NCBI GenBank assembly: GCA_032718475.1
Contig: JAUCBJ010001978.1
Location: forward strand, 1-64,000
Reading direction: 5' to 3'
Source: Nemertoderma westbladi
Lineage: Eukaryota; Animalia; Xenacoelomorpha
DNA: 64,000 nt
A model generated the notes under the pieces. It saw only the letters and a program-made list of their open reading frames with translations. It was not told the DNA's origin and did not search any database. This document shows positions 49,963 through 64,000 of this stretch, one piece after another; the first letter of the stretch is position 1; each line of letters starts with the position of its first letter. Position numbers and translations under genes: made by a program.

Positions 49963-52900
49963 ACCTAGCTGCAACCTCTATCGCCGCCCACTAACCCTAG
50001 CAGCAACCTCTATCGCCGCCCACTAACCCTAGCTGCAACCTCTATCGCCGCCCACTAACCCTAGCAGCAACCTCTATCGCCGCCCACTAACCCTAGCTGC
50101 AACCTCTATCGCCGCCCACTAACCCTAGCTGCAACCTCTATCGCCGCCCACTAACCCTAGCTGCAACCTCTATCGCCGCCCACTAACCCTAGCAGCAACC
50201 TCTATCGCCGCCCACTAACCCTAGCAGCAACCTCTATCGCCGCCCACTAACCCTAGCTGCAACCTCTATCGCCGCCCACTGACACTAGCTGCAACCTCTA
50301 TCGCCGTCCACTAACCCTAGCTGCAACCTCTATCGCCGCCCACTAACCCTCAACCTCTATCGCCGCCCACTAACCCTAGCTGCAACATCTATCGCCGCCC
50401 ACTAACCCTAGCTGCAACCTCTATCGCCGCCCACTAACCCTCAACCTCTATCGCCGTCCACTAACCCTCAACCTCTATCTCCGCCCACTAACCCTAGCTG
50501 CAACCTCTATCGCCGCCCACTAACCCTAGCTGCAACCTCTATCGCCGCCCACTAACCCTAGCTGCAACCTCTATCGCCGCCCACTAACCCTAGCTGCAAC
50601 CTCTATCGCCGTCCACTAACCCTAGCTGCAACCTCTATCGCCGCCCACTAACCCTCAACCTCTATCTCCACCCACTAACCCTAGCTGCAACCTCTATCGC
50701 CGCCCACTAACCCTAGCTGCAACCTCTATCGCCGCCCACTAACCCTAGCTGCAACCTCTATCGCCGCCCACTAACCCTAGGCTGAAACCTCTATCGCCGC
50801 CCACTAACCCTAGCTGCAACCTCTATCGCCGCCCACTAACCCTAGCAGCAACCTCTATCGCCGCCCACTAACCCTAGCTGCAACCTCTATCGCCGCCCAC
50901 TAACCCTCAACCTCTATCGCCGTCCACTAACCCTCAACCTCTATCTCCGCCCACTAACCCTAGCTGCAACCTCTATCGCCGCCCACTAACCCTAGCTGCA
51001 ACCTCTATCGCCGCCCACTAACCCTAGCTGCAACCTCTATCGCCGCCCACTAACCCTAGCTGCAACCTCTATCGCTGCCCACTAACCCTCAACCTCTATC
51101 GCCGTCCACTAACCCTCAACCTCTATCTCCGCCCACTAACCCTAGCTGCAACCTCTATCGCCGCCCACTAACCCTAACAGCAACCTCTATCGCCGCCCAC
51201 TAACCCTAGCTGCAACCTCTATCGCCGCCCACTAACCCTCAACCTCTATCGCCGTCCACTAACCCTCAACCTCTATCTCCGCCCACTAACCCTAGCTGCA
51301 ACCTCTATCGCCGCCCACTAACCCTAGCTGCAACCTCTATCGCCGCCCACTAACCCTAGCTGCAACCTCTATCGCCGCCCACTAACCCTAGCTGCAACCT
51401 CTATCGCCGCCCACTAACCCTAGCTGCAACCTCTATCGCCGCCCACTAACCCTAGCTGCAACCTCTATCGCCGCCCACTAACCCTAGCTGAAACCTCTAT
51501 CGCCGTCCACTAACCCTCGACCTCTATCGCCGCCCACTAACCCTCGACCTCTATCGCCGCCCACTAACCCTAGCTGCAACCTCTATCGCCGCCCACTAAC
51601 CCTAGCAGCAACCTCTATCGCCGCCCACTAACCCTAGCTGAAACCTCTATCGCCGTCCACTAACCCTCAACCTCTATCGCCGCCCACGAACCCTAGGCAG
51701 CAACCTCTATCGCCGCCCACTAACCCTCAACCTCTATCGCCGCCCACTAACCCTAGCTGCAACCTCTATCGCCGCCCACTAACCCTCAACCTCTATCTCC
51801 GCCCACTAACCCTAGCTGCAACCTCTATCGCCGTCCACTAACCCTAGCTGCAACCTCTATCGCCGCCCACTAACCCTAGCTGCAACCTCTATCGCCGCCC
51901 ACTAACCCTAGCTGCAACCTCTATCGCCGCCCACTAACCCTAGCAGCAACCTCTATCGCCGCCCACTAACCCTAGCAGCAACCTCTATCGCCGCCCACTA
52001 ACCCTCAACCTCTATCGCCGCCCACTAACCATAGCTGCAACCTCTATCGCCGCCCACTAACCATAGCTGCAACCTCTATCGCCGCCCACTAACCCTCAAC
52101 CTCTATCACCGTCCACTAACCCTAGGCTGCAACCTCTATCGCCGCCCACTAACCCTAGCTGCAACCTCTATCGCCGCCCACTAACCCTAGCAGCAACCTC
52201 TATCGCCGCCCACTAACCCTAGCAGCAACCTCTATCGCCGCCCACTAACCCTAGCTGCAACCTCTATCGCCGCCCACTAACCCTAGCAGCAACCTCTATC
52301 GCCGCCCACTAACCCTTGCTGCAACCTCTATCGCCGCCCACTAACCCTAGGCTGCAACCTCTATCGCCGTCCACTAACCCTCAACCTCTATCGCCGTCCA
52401 CTAACCCTCAACCTCTATCGCCGTCCACTAACCCTAGCAGCAACCTCTATCGCCGCCCACTAACCCTAGCTGCAACCTCTATCGCCGCCCACTAACCCTA
52501 GCTGCAACCTCTATCGCCGCCCACTAACCCTAGCTGCAACCTCTATCGCCGCCCACTAACCATAGCTGCAACCTCTATCGCCGTCCACTAACCCTCAACC
52601 TCTATCGCCGTCCACTAACCCTCAACCTCTATCGCCGCCCACTAACCATAGCTGCAACCTATATCGCCGTCCACTAACCCTCGACCTCTATCGCCGCCCA
52701 CTAACCCTAGCTGCAACCTCTATCGCCGCCCACTAACCCTCAACCTCTATCGCCGCCCACTAACCCTAGCTGCAACCTCTATCGCCGCCCACTAACCCTC
52801 AACCTCTATCTCCGCCCACTAACCCTAGCTGCAACCTCTATCGCCGTCCACTAACCCTAGCTGCAACCTCTATCGCCGCCCACTAACCCTAGCTGCAACC

Positions 52901-55900
52901 TCTATCGCCGCCCACTAACCCTAGCTGCAACCTCTATCGCCGCCCACTAACCCTAGCAGCAACCTCTATCGCCGCCCACTAACCCTAGCAGCAACCTCTA
53001 TCGCCGCCCACTAACCCTCAACCTCTATCGCCGCCCACTAACCATAGCTGCAACCTCTATCGCCGCCCACTAACCATAGCTGCAACCTCTATCGCCGCCC
53101 ACTAACCCTCAACCTCTATCACCGTCCACTAACCCTAGGCTGCAACCTCTATCGCCGCCCACTAACCCTAGCTGCAACCTCTATCGCCGCCCACTAACCC
53201 TAGCAGCAACCTCTATCGCCGCCCACTAACCCTAGCAGCAACCTCTATCGCCGCCCACTAACCCTAGCTGCAACCTCTATCGCCGCCCACTAACCCTAGC
53301 AGCAACCTCTATCGCCGCCCACTAACCCTTGCTGCAACCTCTATCGCCGCCCACTAACCCTAGGCTGCAACCTCTATCGCCGTCCACTAACCCTCAACCT
53401 CTATCGCCGTCCACTAACCCTCAACCTCTATCGCCGTCCACTAACCCTAGCAGCAACCTCTATCGCCGCCCACTAACCCTAGCTGCAACCTCTATCGCCG
53501 CCCACTAACCCTAGCTGCAACCTCTATCGCCGCCCACTAACCCTAGCTGCAACCTCTATCGCCGCCCACTAACCATAGCTGCAACCTCTATCGCCGTCCA
53601 CTAACCCTCAACCTCTATCGCCGTCCACTAACCCTCAACCTCTATCGCCGCCCACTAACCATAGCTGCAACCTATATCGCCGTCCACTAACCCTCGACCT
53701 CTATCGCCGCCCACTAACCCTAGCTGCAACCTCTATCGCCGCCCACTAACCCTAGCTGCAACCTCTATCGCCGCCCACTAACCCTCAACCTCTATCGCCG
53801 CCCACTAACCCTCAACCTCTATTGCCGCCCACTAACTCTAGGCTGCAACCTCTATCGCCGCCCACTAACCCTAGGCTGCAACCTCTATCGCCGCCCACTA
53901 ACCCTAGCTGCAACCTCTATCGCCGCCCACTAACCCTCACCCTCTATCGCCGTCCACTAACCCTCAACCTCTATCGCCGTCCACTAACCCTCAACCTCTA
54001 TCGCCGCCCACTAACCCTAGCAGCAACCTCTATCGCCGCCCACTAACCCTAGCTGCAACCTCTATCGCCGCCCACTAACCCTCAACCTCTATCGCCGCCC
54101 ACTAACCCTCAACCTCTATTGCCGCCCACTAACTCTAGGCTGCAACCTCTATCGCCGCCCACTAACCCTAGGCTGCAACCTCTATCGCCGCCCACTAACC
54201 CTAGCTGCAACCTCTATCGCCGCCCACTAACCCTCAACCTCTATCGCCGTCCACTAACCCTCAACCTCTATCGCCGCCCACTAACCATAGCTGCAACCTA
54301 TATCGCCGTCCACTAACCCTCGACCTCTATCGCCGCCCACTAACCCTAGCTGCAACCTCTATCGCCGCCCACTAACCCTCAACCTCTATCGCCGCCCACT
54401 AACCCTCAACCTCTATTGCCGCCCACTAACTCTAGGCTGCAACCTCTATCGCCGCCCACTAACCCTAGGCTGCAACCTATATCGCCGCCCACTAACCCTA
54501 GCTGCAACCTCTATCGCCGTCCACTAACCCTAGCTGCAACCTCTATCGCCACCCACTAACCATAGCTGCAACCTCTATCGCCGCCCACTAACCCTAGGCT
54601 GCAACCTATATCGCCGCCAACCAACCCTAGCTGCAACCTCTATCGCCGTCCACTAACCCTAGCTGCAACCTCTATCGCCGTCCACTAACCCTAGCTGCAA
54701 CCTCTATCGCCGTCCACTAACCCTAGCTGCAACCTCTATCGCCGCCCACTAACCCTAGCTGCAACCTCTATCGCCGCCCACTAACCCTAGCTGCAACCTC
54801 TATCGCCGTCCACTAACCCTAGCTGCAACCTCTATCGCCGCCCACTAACCCTAGCTGCAACCTCTATCGCCGTCCACTAACCCTAGCTGCAACCTCTATC
54901 GCCACCCACTAACCCTAGCTGCAACCTCTATCGCCGTCCACTAACCCTAGCTGCAACCTCTATCGCCGTCCACTAACCCTAGCTGCAACCTCTATCGCCG
55001 TCCACTAACCCTAGCTGCAACCTCTATCGCCGTCCACTAACCCTAGCTGCAACCTCTATCGCCGTCCACTAACCCTAGCTGCAACCTCTATCGCCGTCCA
55101 CTAACCCTAGCTGCAACCTCTATCGCCGCCCACTAACCCTAGCTGCAACCTCTATCGCCGTCCACTAACCCTAGCTGCAACCTCTATCGCCACCCACTAA
55201 CCATAGCTGCAACCTCTATCGCCGCCCACTAACCCTAGGCTGCAACCTATATCGCCGCCCACTAACCCTAGCTGCAACCTCTATCGCCGTCCACTAACCC
55301 TAGCTGCAACCTCTATCGCCGTCCACTAACCCTAGCTGCAACCTCTATCGCCGCCCACTAACCCTAGCTGCAACCTCTATCGCCGCCCACTAACCATAGC
55401 TGCAACCTATATCGCCGCCCACTAACCCTCGACCTCTATCGCCGCCCACTAACCCTAGCAGCAACCTCTATCGCCGCCCACTAACCCTAGCAGCAACCTC
55501 TATCGCCGCCCACTAACCCTAGCTGCAACCTCTATCGCCGCCCACTAACCCTTGCTGCAACCTCTATCGCCGCCCACTAACCATAGCTGCAACCTCTATA
55601 GCCGCCCACTAACCCTAGGCTGCAACCTCTATCGCCGTCCACTAACCCTAGCAGCAACCTCTATCGCCGTCCACTAACCCTAGCTGCAACCTCTATCGCC
55701 GTCCACTAACCCTAGCAGCAACCTCTATTGCCGCCCACTAACCCTAGCTGCAACCTCTATCGCCGTCCACTAACCCTCAACCTCTATCTCCGCCCACTAA
55801 CCATAGCTGCAACCTCTATCGCCGCCCACTAACCCTAGCTGCAACCTCTATCACCGCCCACTAACCCTAGCTGCAACCTCTATCGCCGCCCACTAACCCT

Positions 55901-58900
55901 CAACCTCTATCTCCGCCCACTAACCCTAGCTGCAACCTCTATCGCCGCCCACTAACCATAGCTGCAACCTCTATCGCCGCCCACTAACCCTTGCTGCAAC
56001 CTCTATCGCCGCCCACTAACCCTAGCTGCAACCTCTATCGCCGCCCACTAACCCTCAACCTCTATCGCCGCCCACTAACCCTAGCTGCAACCTCTATCGC
56101 CGCCCACTAACCCTAGCTGCAACCTCTATCGCCGTCCACTAACCCTCAACCTCTATCGCCGTCCACTAACCCTAGCTGCAACCTCTATCGCCGCCCACTA
56201 ACCCTAGCTACAACCTCTATCGCCGCCCACTAACCCTAGCTGCAACCTCTATCGCCGTCCACTAACCCTAGCTGCAACCTCTATCGCCGCCCACTAACCC
56301 TCAACCTCTATCGCCGCCCACTAACCCTAGCTGCAACCTCTATCGCCGCCCACTAACCCTAGCTGCAACCTCTATCGCCGTCCACTAACCCTCAACCTCT
56401 ATCGCCGTCCACTAACCCTAGCTGCAACCTCTATCGCCGCCCACTAACCCTAGCTACAACCTCTATCGCCGCCCACTAACCTTAGCTGCAACCTCTATCG
56501 CCGCCCACTAACCATAGCTGCAACCTCTATCGCCGCCCACTAACCCTTGCTGCAACCTCTATCCCCGCCCACTAACCCTAGCTGCAACCTCTATCGCCGC
56601 CCACTAACCCTCAACCTCTATCGCCGCCCACTAACCCTAGCTGCAACCTCTATCGCCGCCCACTAACCCTAGCTGCAACCTCTATCGCCGTCCACTAACC
56701 CTCAACCTCTATCGCCGTCCACTATCCCTAGCTGCAACCTCTATCGCCGCCCACTAACCCTAGCTACAACCTCTATCGCCGCCCACTAACCCTAGCTGCA
56801 ACCTCTATCGCCGTCCACTAACCCTAGCTGCAACCTCTATCGCCGCCCATTAACCCTCAACCTCTATCGCCGCCCACTAACCCTAGCTGCAACCTCTATC
56901 GCCGCCCACTAACCCTAGCTGCAACCTCTATCGCCGTCCACTAACCCTCAACCTCTATCGCCGTCCACTAACCCTAGCTGCAACCTCTATCGCCGCCCAC
57001 TAACCCTAGCTACAACCTCTATCGCCGCCCACTAACCCTAGCTGCAACCTCTATCGCCGCCCACTAACCATAGCTGCAACCTATATCGCCGTCCACTAAC
57101 CCTCAACCTCTATCGCCGCCCACTAACCCTAGCTGCAACCTCTATCGCCGCCCACTAACCCTCAACCTCTATCGCCGCCCACTAACCCTAGCTGCAACCT
57201 CTATCGCCGCCCACTAACCCTAGCTGCAACCTCTATCGCCGTCCACTAACCCTCAACCTCTATCGCCGTCCACTAACCCTAGCTGCAACCTCTATCGCCG
57301 CCCACTAACCCTAGCTACAACCTCTATCGCCGCCCACTAACCCTAGCTGCAACCTCTATCGCCGCCCACTAACCATAGCTGCAACCTATATCGCCGTCCA
57401 CTAACCCTCAACCTCTATCTCCGCCCACTAACCATAGCTGCAACCTCTATCGCCGCCCACTAACCCTAGCTGCAACCTCTATCACCTCCCACTAACCCTA
57501 GCTGCAACCTCTATCGCCGCCCACTAACCCTCAACCTCTATCTCCGCCCACTAACCCTAGCTGCAACCTCTATCGCCGCCCACTAACCATAGCTGCAACC
57601 TCTATCGCCGCCCACTAACCCTTGCTGCAACCTCTATCGCCGCCCACTAACCCTAGCTGCAACCTCTATCGCCGCCCACTAACCCTCAACCTCTATCGCC
57701 GCCCACTAACCCTAGCAGCAACCTCTATCGCCGCCCACTAACCCTTGCTGCAACCTCTATCGCCGCCCACTAACCATAGCTGCAACCTCTATCGCCGCCC
57801 ACTAACCCTAGCTGCAACCTCTATCGCCGCCCACTAACCCTAGCTGCAACCTCTATCGCCGCCCACTAACCCTCAACCTCTATCGCCGCCCACTAACCCT
57901 AGCTGCAACGTCTATAGCCGTCCACTAACCCTAGCTGCAACCTCTATCGCCGCCCACTAACCCTCAACCTCTATCGCCGTCCACTAACCCTCAACCTCTA
58001 TCTCCGCCCACTAACCCTAGCTGCAACCTCTATCGCCGCCCACTAACCCTAGCAGCAACCTCTATCGCCGCCCACTAACCCTAGCAGCAACCTCTATCGC
58101 CGACCACTAACCCTAGCTGCAACCTCTATCGCCGCCCACTAACCCTAGCTGCAACCTCTATCGCCGCCCACTAACCCTAGCTGCAACCTCTATCGCCGCC
58201 CACTAACCATAGCTGCAACCTATATCGCCGTCCACTAACCCTCAACCTCTATCGCCGCCCACTAACCCTAGCTGCAACCTCTATCGCCGCCCACTAACCC
58301 TCAACCTCTATCGCCGCCCACTAACCCTAGCTGCAACCTCTATCGCCGCCCACTAACCCTAGCTGCAACCTCTATCGCCGTCCACTAACCCTCAACCTCT
58401 ATCGCCGTCCACTAACCCTAGCTGCAACCTCTATCGCCGCCCACTAACCCTAGCTACAACCTCTATCGCCGCCCACTAACCCTAGCTGCAACCTCTATCG
58501 CCGCCCACTAACCATAGCTGCAACCTATATCGCCGTCCACTAACCCTCAACCTCTATCTCCGCCCACTAACCATAGCTGCAACCTCTATCGCCGCCCACT
58601 AACCCTAGCTGCAACCTCTATCACCTCCCACTAACCCTAGCTGCAACCTCTATCGCCGCCCACTAACCCTCAACCTCTATCTCCGCCCACTAACCCTAGC
58701 TGCAACCTCTATCGCCGCCCACTAACCATAGCTGCAACCTCTATCGCCGCCCACTAACCCTTGCTGCAACCTCTATCGCCGCCCACTAACCCTAGCTGCA
58801 ACCTCTATCGCCGCCCACTAACCCTCAACCTCTATCGCCGCCCACTAACCCTAGCAGCAACCTCTATCGCCGCCCACTAACCCTTGCTGCAACCTCTATC

Positions 58901-61900
58901 GCCGCCCACTAACCATAGCTGCAACCTCTATCGCCGCCCACTAACCCTAGCTGCAACCTCTATCGCCGCCCACTAACCCTAGCTGCAACCTCTATCGCCG
59001 CCCACTAACCCTCAACCTCTATCGCCGCCCACTAACCCTAGCTGCAACGTCTATCGCCGTCCACTAACCCTAGCTGCAACCTCTATCGCCGCCCACTAAC
59101 CCTCAACCTCTATCGCCGTCCACTAACCCTCAACCTCTATCTCCGCCCACTAACCCTAGCTGCAACCTCTATCGCCGCCCACTAACCCTAGCAGCAACCT
59201 CTATCGCCGACCACTAACCCTAGCTGCAACCTCTATCGCCGCCCACTAACCCTAGCTGCAACCTCTATCGCCGCCCACTAACCCTAGCTGCAACCTCTAT
59301 CGCCGCCCACTAACCCTAGCTGCAACCTATATCGCCGCCCACTAACCCTAGCTGCAACCTCTATCGCCGCCCACTAACCCTAGCAGCAACCTCTATCGCC
59401 GACCACTAACCCTAGCTGCAACCTCTATCGCCGCCCACTAACCCTAGCTGCAACCTCTATCGCCGCCCACTAACCCTAGCTGCAACCTCTATCGCCGTCC
59501 ACTAACCATAGCAGCAACCTCTATCGCCGCCCACTAACCCTAGCTGAAACCTCTATCGCCGTCCACTAACCCTCAACCTCTATCGCCGCCCACTAACCCT
59601 AGCAGCAACCTCTATCGCCGCCCACTAACCCTAGCTGCAACCTCTATCGCCGCCCACTAACCCTAGGCTGAAACCTCTATCGCCGCCCACTAACCATAGC
59701 TGCAACCTCTATCGCCGCCCACTAACCCTCAACCTCTATCACCGTCCACTAACCCTAGGCTGCAACCTCTATCGCCGCCCACTAACCCTAGCTGCAACCT
59801 CTATCGCCGCCCACTAACCCTAGCAGCAACCTCTATCGCCGCCCACTAACCCTAGCAGCAACCTCTATCGCCGCCCACTAACCCTAGCTGCAACCTCTAT
59901 CGCCGCCCACTAACCCTAGCAGCAATCTCTATCGCCGCCCACTAACCCTAGCAGCAACCTCTATCGCCGCCCACTAACCCTAGCTACAACCTCTATCGCC
60001 GCCCACTAACCCTAGCTGCAACCTCTATCGCCGTCCACTAACCCTAGCTGCAACCTCTATCGCCGCCCACTAACCCTAGCTGCAACCTCTATCGCCGCCC
60101 ACTAACCCTAGCTGCAACCTCTATCGCCGCCCACTAACCCTAGCTGCAACCTCTATCGCCGTCCACTAACCCTAGCTGCAACCTCTATCGCCGTCCACTA
60201 ACCCTAGCAGCAACCTCTATCGCCGCCCACTAACCCTCAACCTCTATCGCCGTCCACTAACCCTCAACCTCTATCGCCGCCCACTAACCCTAGCTGCAAC
60301 CTCTATCGCCGCCCACTGACACTAGCTGCAACCTCTATCGCCGTCCACTAACCCTAGCTGCAACCTCTATCGCCGCCCACTAACCCCCAACCTCTATCGC
60401 CGCCCACTAACCCTAGCAGCAACCTCTATCGCCGCCCACTAACCCTAGCTGCAACCTCTATTGTCTCCCACTAACCCTAGCTGCAACCTCTATCGCCGCC
60501 CACTAACCCTAGCTGCAACCTCTATCGCCGTCCACTAACCCTAGTTGCAATCTCTATCGCCGCCCACTAACCCTAGCTGCAACCTCTATCGCCGCCCACT
60601 AACCCTAGCTGCAACCTCTATCGCCGCCCACTAACCCTAGCAGCAATCTCTATCGCCGCCCACTAACCCTAGCTGCAACCTCTATCGCCGCCCACTAACC
60701 CTAGCTGCAACCTCTATCGCCGCCCACTAACCCTAGCAGCAACCTCTATCGCCGCCCACTAACCCTAGCTGCAACCTCTATCGCCGCCCACTAACCCTAG
60801 CAGCAACCTCTATCGCCGCCCACTAACCCTAGCTGCAACCTCTATCGCCGCCCACTAACCCTAGCTGCAACCTCTATCGCCGCCCACTAACCCTAGCTGC
60901 AACCTCTATCGCCGCCCACTAACCCTAGCAGCAACCTCTATCGCCGCCCACTAACCCTAGCTGCAACCTCTATCGCCGCCCACTAACCCTCAACCTCTAT
61001 CGCCGCCCACTAACCCTAGCAGCAACCTCTATCGCCGCCCACTAACCCTAGCTGCAACCTCTATCGCCGCCCACTAACCCTAGCTGCAACCTCTATCGCC
61101 GCCCACTAACCCTAGCAGCAACCTCTATCGCCGCCCACTAACCCTAGCTGCAACCTCTATCGCCGCCCACTAACCCTCAACCTCTATCGCCGCCCACTAA
61201 CCCTAGCTGCAACCTCTATCGCCGCCCACTAACCCTGGCTGCAACCTCTATCGCCGCCCACTAACCCTAGCAGCAACCTCTATCGCCGCCCACTAACCCT
61301 AGCTGCAACGTCTATTGCCGTCCACTAACCCTAGGCTGAAACCTCTATCGCCGCCCACTAACCCTAGCTGCAACCTCTATCGCCGCCCACTAACCCTAGC
61401 AGCAACCTCTATCGCCGCCCACTAACCCTAGCTGCAACCTCTATCGCCGCCCACTAACCCTAGCAGCAACCTCTATCGCCGCCCACGAACCCTAGCTGCA
61501 ACCTCTATCGCCGCCCACTAACCCTAGCAGCAACCTCTATCGCCGTCTACTAACCCTAGCTGCAACCTCTATCGCCGCCCACTAACCCTAGCTGCAACCT
61601 CTATCGCCGCCCACTAACCCTAGCAGCAACCTCTATCGCCGCCCACTAACCCTAGCTGCAACCTCTATCGCCGCCCACTAACCCTGGCTGCAACCTCTAT
61701 CGCCGCCCACTAACCCTAGCTGCAACCTCTATCGCCGCCCACTAACCCTAGCAGCAACCTCTATCGCCGCCCACTAACCCTAGCTGCAACCTCTATCGCC
61801 GCCCACTAACCCTAGCAGCAACCTCTATCGCCGCCCACTAACCCTAGCAGCAACCTCTATCGCCGCCCACTAACCCTAGCTGCAACCTCTATCGCCGCCC

Positions 61901-64000
61901 ACTAACCCTCAACCTCTATCGCCGCCCACTAACCCTCAACCTCTATCGCCGCCCACTAACCCTAGCAGCAACCTCTATCGCCGCGCACTAACCCTAGCTG
62001 CAACCTCTATTGCCTCCCACTAACCCTCAACCTCTATCGCCGCCCACTAACCCTAGCTGCAACCTCTATCGCCGTCCACTAACCCTCAACCTCTATCGCC
62101 GTCCACTAACCCTAGCTGCAACATCTATCGCCGCCCACTAACCCTAGCAGCAACCTCTATCGCCGCCCACTAACCCTAGCTGCAACCTCTATCGCCGTCC
62201 ACTAACCCTCAACCTCTATCGCCGCCCACTAACCCTAGCTGCAACATCTATCGCCGCCCACTAACCCTAGCAGCAACCTCTATCGCCGCCCACTAACCCT
62301 AGCTGCAACCTCTATCGCCGCCCACTAACCCTAGCTGCAACCTCTATGGCCGCCCACTAACCCTAGCTGCAACCTCTATCGCCGCCCACTAACCCTAGCT
62401 GCAACCTCTATCGCCGCCCACTAACCCTAGCAGCAACCTCTATCGCCGCCCACTAACCCTAGCTGCAACCTCTATCGCCGCCCACTAACCCTCAACCTCT
62501 ATCGCCGCCCACTAACCCTAGCAGCAACCTCTATCGCCGCCCACTAACCCTAGCTGCAACCTCTATCGCCGTCCACTAACCCTCAACCTATATCGCCGCC
62601 CACTAACCCTAGCAGCAACCTCTATCGCCGCCCACTAACCCTAGCTGCAACCTCTATCGCCGCCCACTAACCCTGGCTGCAACCTCTATCGCCGCCCACT
62701 AACCCTAGCTGCAACCTCTATCGCCGCCCACTAACCCTAGCAGCAACCTCTATCGCCGCCCACTAACCCTAGCAGCAACCTCTATCGCCGCCCACTAACC
62801 CTAGCTGCAACCTCTATCGCCGCCCACTAACCATCAACCTCTATCGCCGCCCACTAACCCTCAACCTCTATCGCCGCCAACTAACCCTAGCTGCAACCTC
62901 TATCGCCGCCCACTAACCCTAGGCTGCAACCTCTATCGCCGCCCACTAACCCTAGCAGCAATCTCTATCGCCGCCCACTAACCCTAGCTGCAACCTCTAT
63001 CGCCGTCCACTAACCCTAGCTGCAATCTCTATCGCCGCCCGCTAACCCTAGCTGCAACCTCTATCGCCGTCCACTAACCCTAGCAGCAACCTCTATCGCC
63101 GCCCACTAACCCTAGCAGCAACCTCTATCGCCGCCCACTAACCCTAGCTGCAACCTCTATCGCCGCCCACTAACCCTAGCTGCAACCTCTATCGCCGCCC
63201 ACTAACCCTAGCAGCAATCTCTATCGCCGCCCACTAACCCTAGCAGCAACCTCTATCGCCGCCCACTAACCCTAGCTACAACCTCTATCGCCGCCCACTA
63301 ACCCTAGCTGCAACCTCTATCGCCGTCCACTAACCCTAGCTGCAACCTCTATCACCGCCCACTAACCCTAGCTGCAACCTCTATCGCCGCCCACTAACCC
63401 TAGCAGCAACCTCTATCGCCGCCCACTAACCCTCAACCTCTATCGCCGACCACTAACCCTAGCTGCAACCTCTATCGCCGTCCACTAATCCTAGCAGCAA
63501 CCTCTATCGCCGCCCACTAACCCTAGGCTGCAACCTCTATCGCCGCCCACTAACCCTAGCTGCAACCTCTATCGCCGCCCACTAACCCTAGCAGCAATCT
63601 CTATCGCCGCCCACTAACCCTAGCTGCAACCTCTATCGCCGCCCACTAACCCTAGCTGCAACCTCTATCGCCGCCCACTAACCCTAGCAGCAACCTCTAT
63701 CGCCGTCCACTAACCCTAGGCTGCAACCTCTATCGCCGCCCACTAACCCTAGCTGCAACCTCTATCGCCGCCCACTAACCCTAGCTGCAACCTCTATCGC
63801 CGTCCACTAACCCTAGCTGCAACCTCTATCGCCGTCCACTAACCCTAGCAGCAACCTCTATCGCCGCCCACTAACCCTAGTAGCAACCTCTATCGCCGCC
63901 CACTAACCCTAGGCTGCAACCTCTATCGCCGCCCACTAACCCTAGCTGCAACCTCTATCGCCGCCCACTAACCCTAGCAGCAATCTCTATCGCCGCCCAC
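49963..64000. repeat. Satellite 3: 32-bp CTAACCCTAGCTGCAACCTCTATCGCCGCCCA with 27- and 33-bp variants; runs off the window
   Basis: Direct reading. Higher-order offsets of ~1013 (52108/53121), ~297 (53822/54119) and ~1139 (57481/58620). Confidence 0.98.

Noticed and set aside
53822-54316. Pro-rich ORFs in satellite 3
   Set aside because: Chance open frames arising from 27/33-bp variants.
49963-64000. True telomere
   Set aside because: No tandem (CCCTAA)n; only one motif per 27-33-bp unit.

Overview
Repeat-dominated, AT-rich eukaryotic (probably invertebrate animal) DNA with a heterochromatic or subtelomeric character; no prokaryotic-type genes. About 35 kb is three unrelated tandem satellites: a 36/38-bp unit (5645-9598), a 13/14-bp unit (23056-39666) and a 27/32/33-bp unit carrying one telomere-like motif (49963 to window end). 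All three show higher-order repeats. The most informative object is a young 7.0-kb LTR element (12570-19572; TG..CA LTRs, TTATA TSD, PPT). It encodes only a BEL/Pao-like Gag, broken at three G homopolymers, and has no pol. Pol is replaced by a C-depleted array of small hairpins. In place of a tRNA PBS there is a duplicated motif complementary to a stem-loop in its own LTR, a possible self-priming or non-canonical priming signature. Two solo LTRs of a sister family sit in the 14-bp satellite and were duplicated with it. Also present: a decayed RTE-like LINE with two further fragments, several MITE/foldback elements, Helentron-associated-like repeats, a tRNA-like SINE head, and one candidate terminal exon of a minus-strand host gene. 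The long ORFs in the satellites are artefacts. All counts and comparisons were made by eye.
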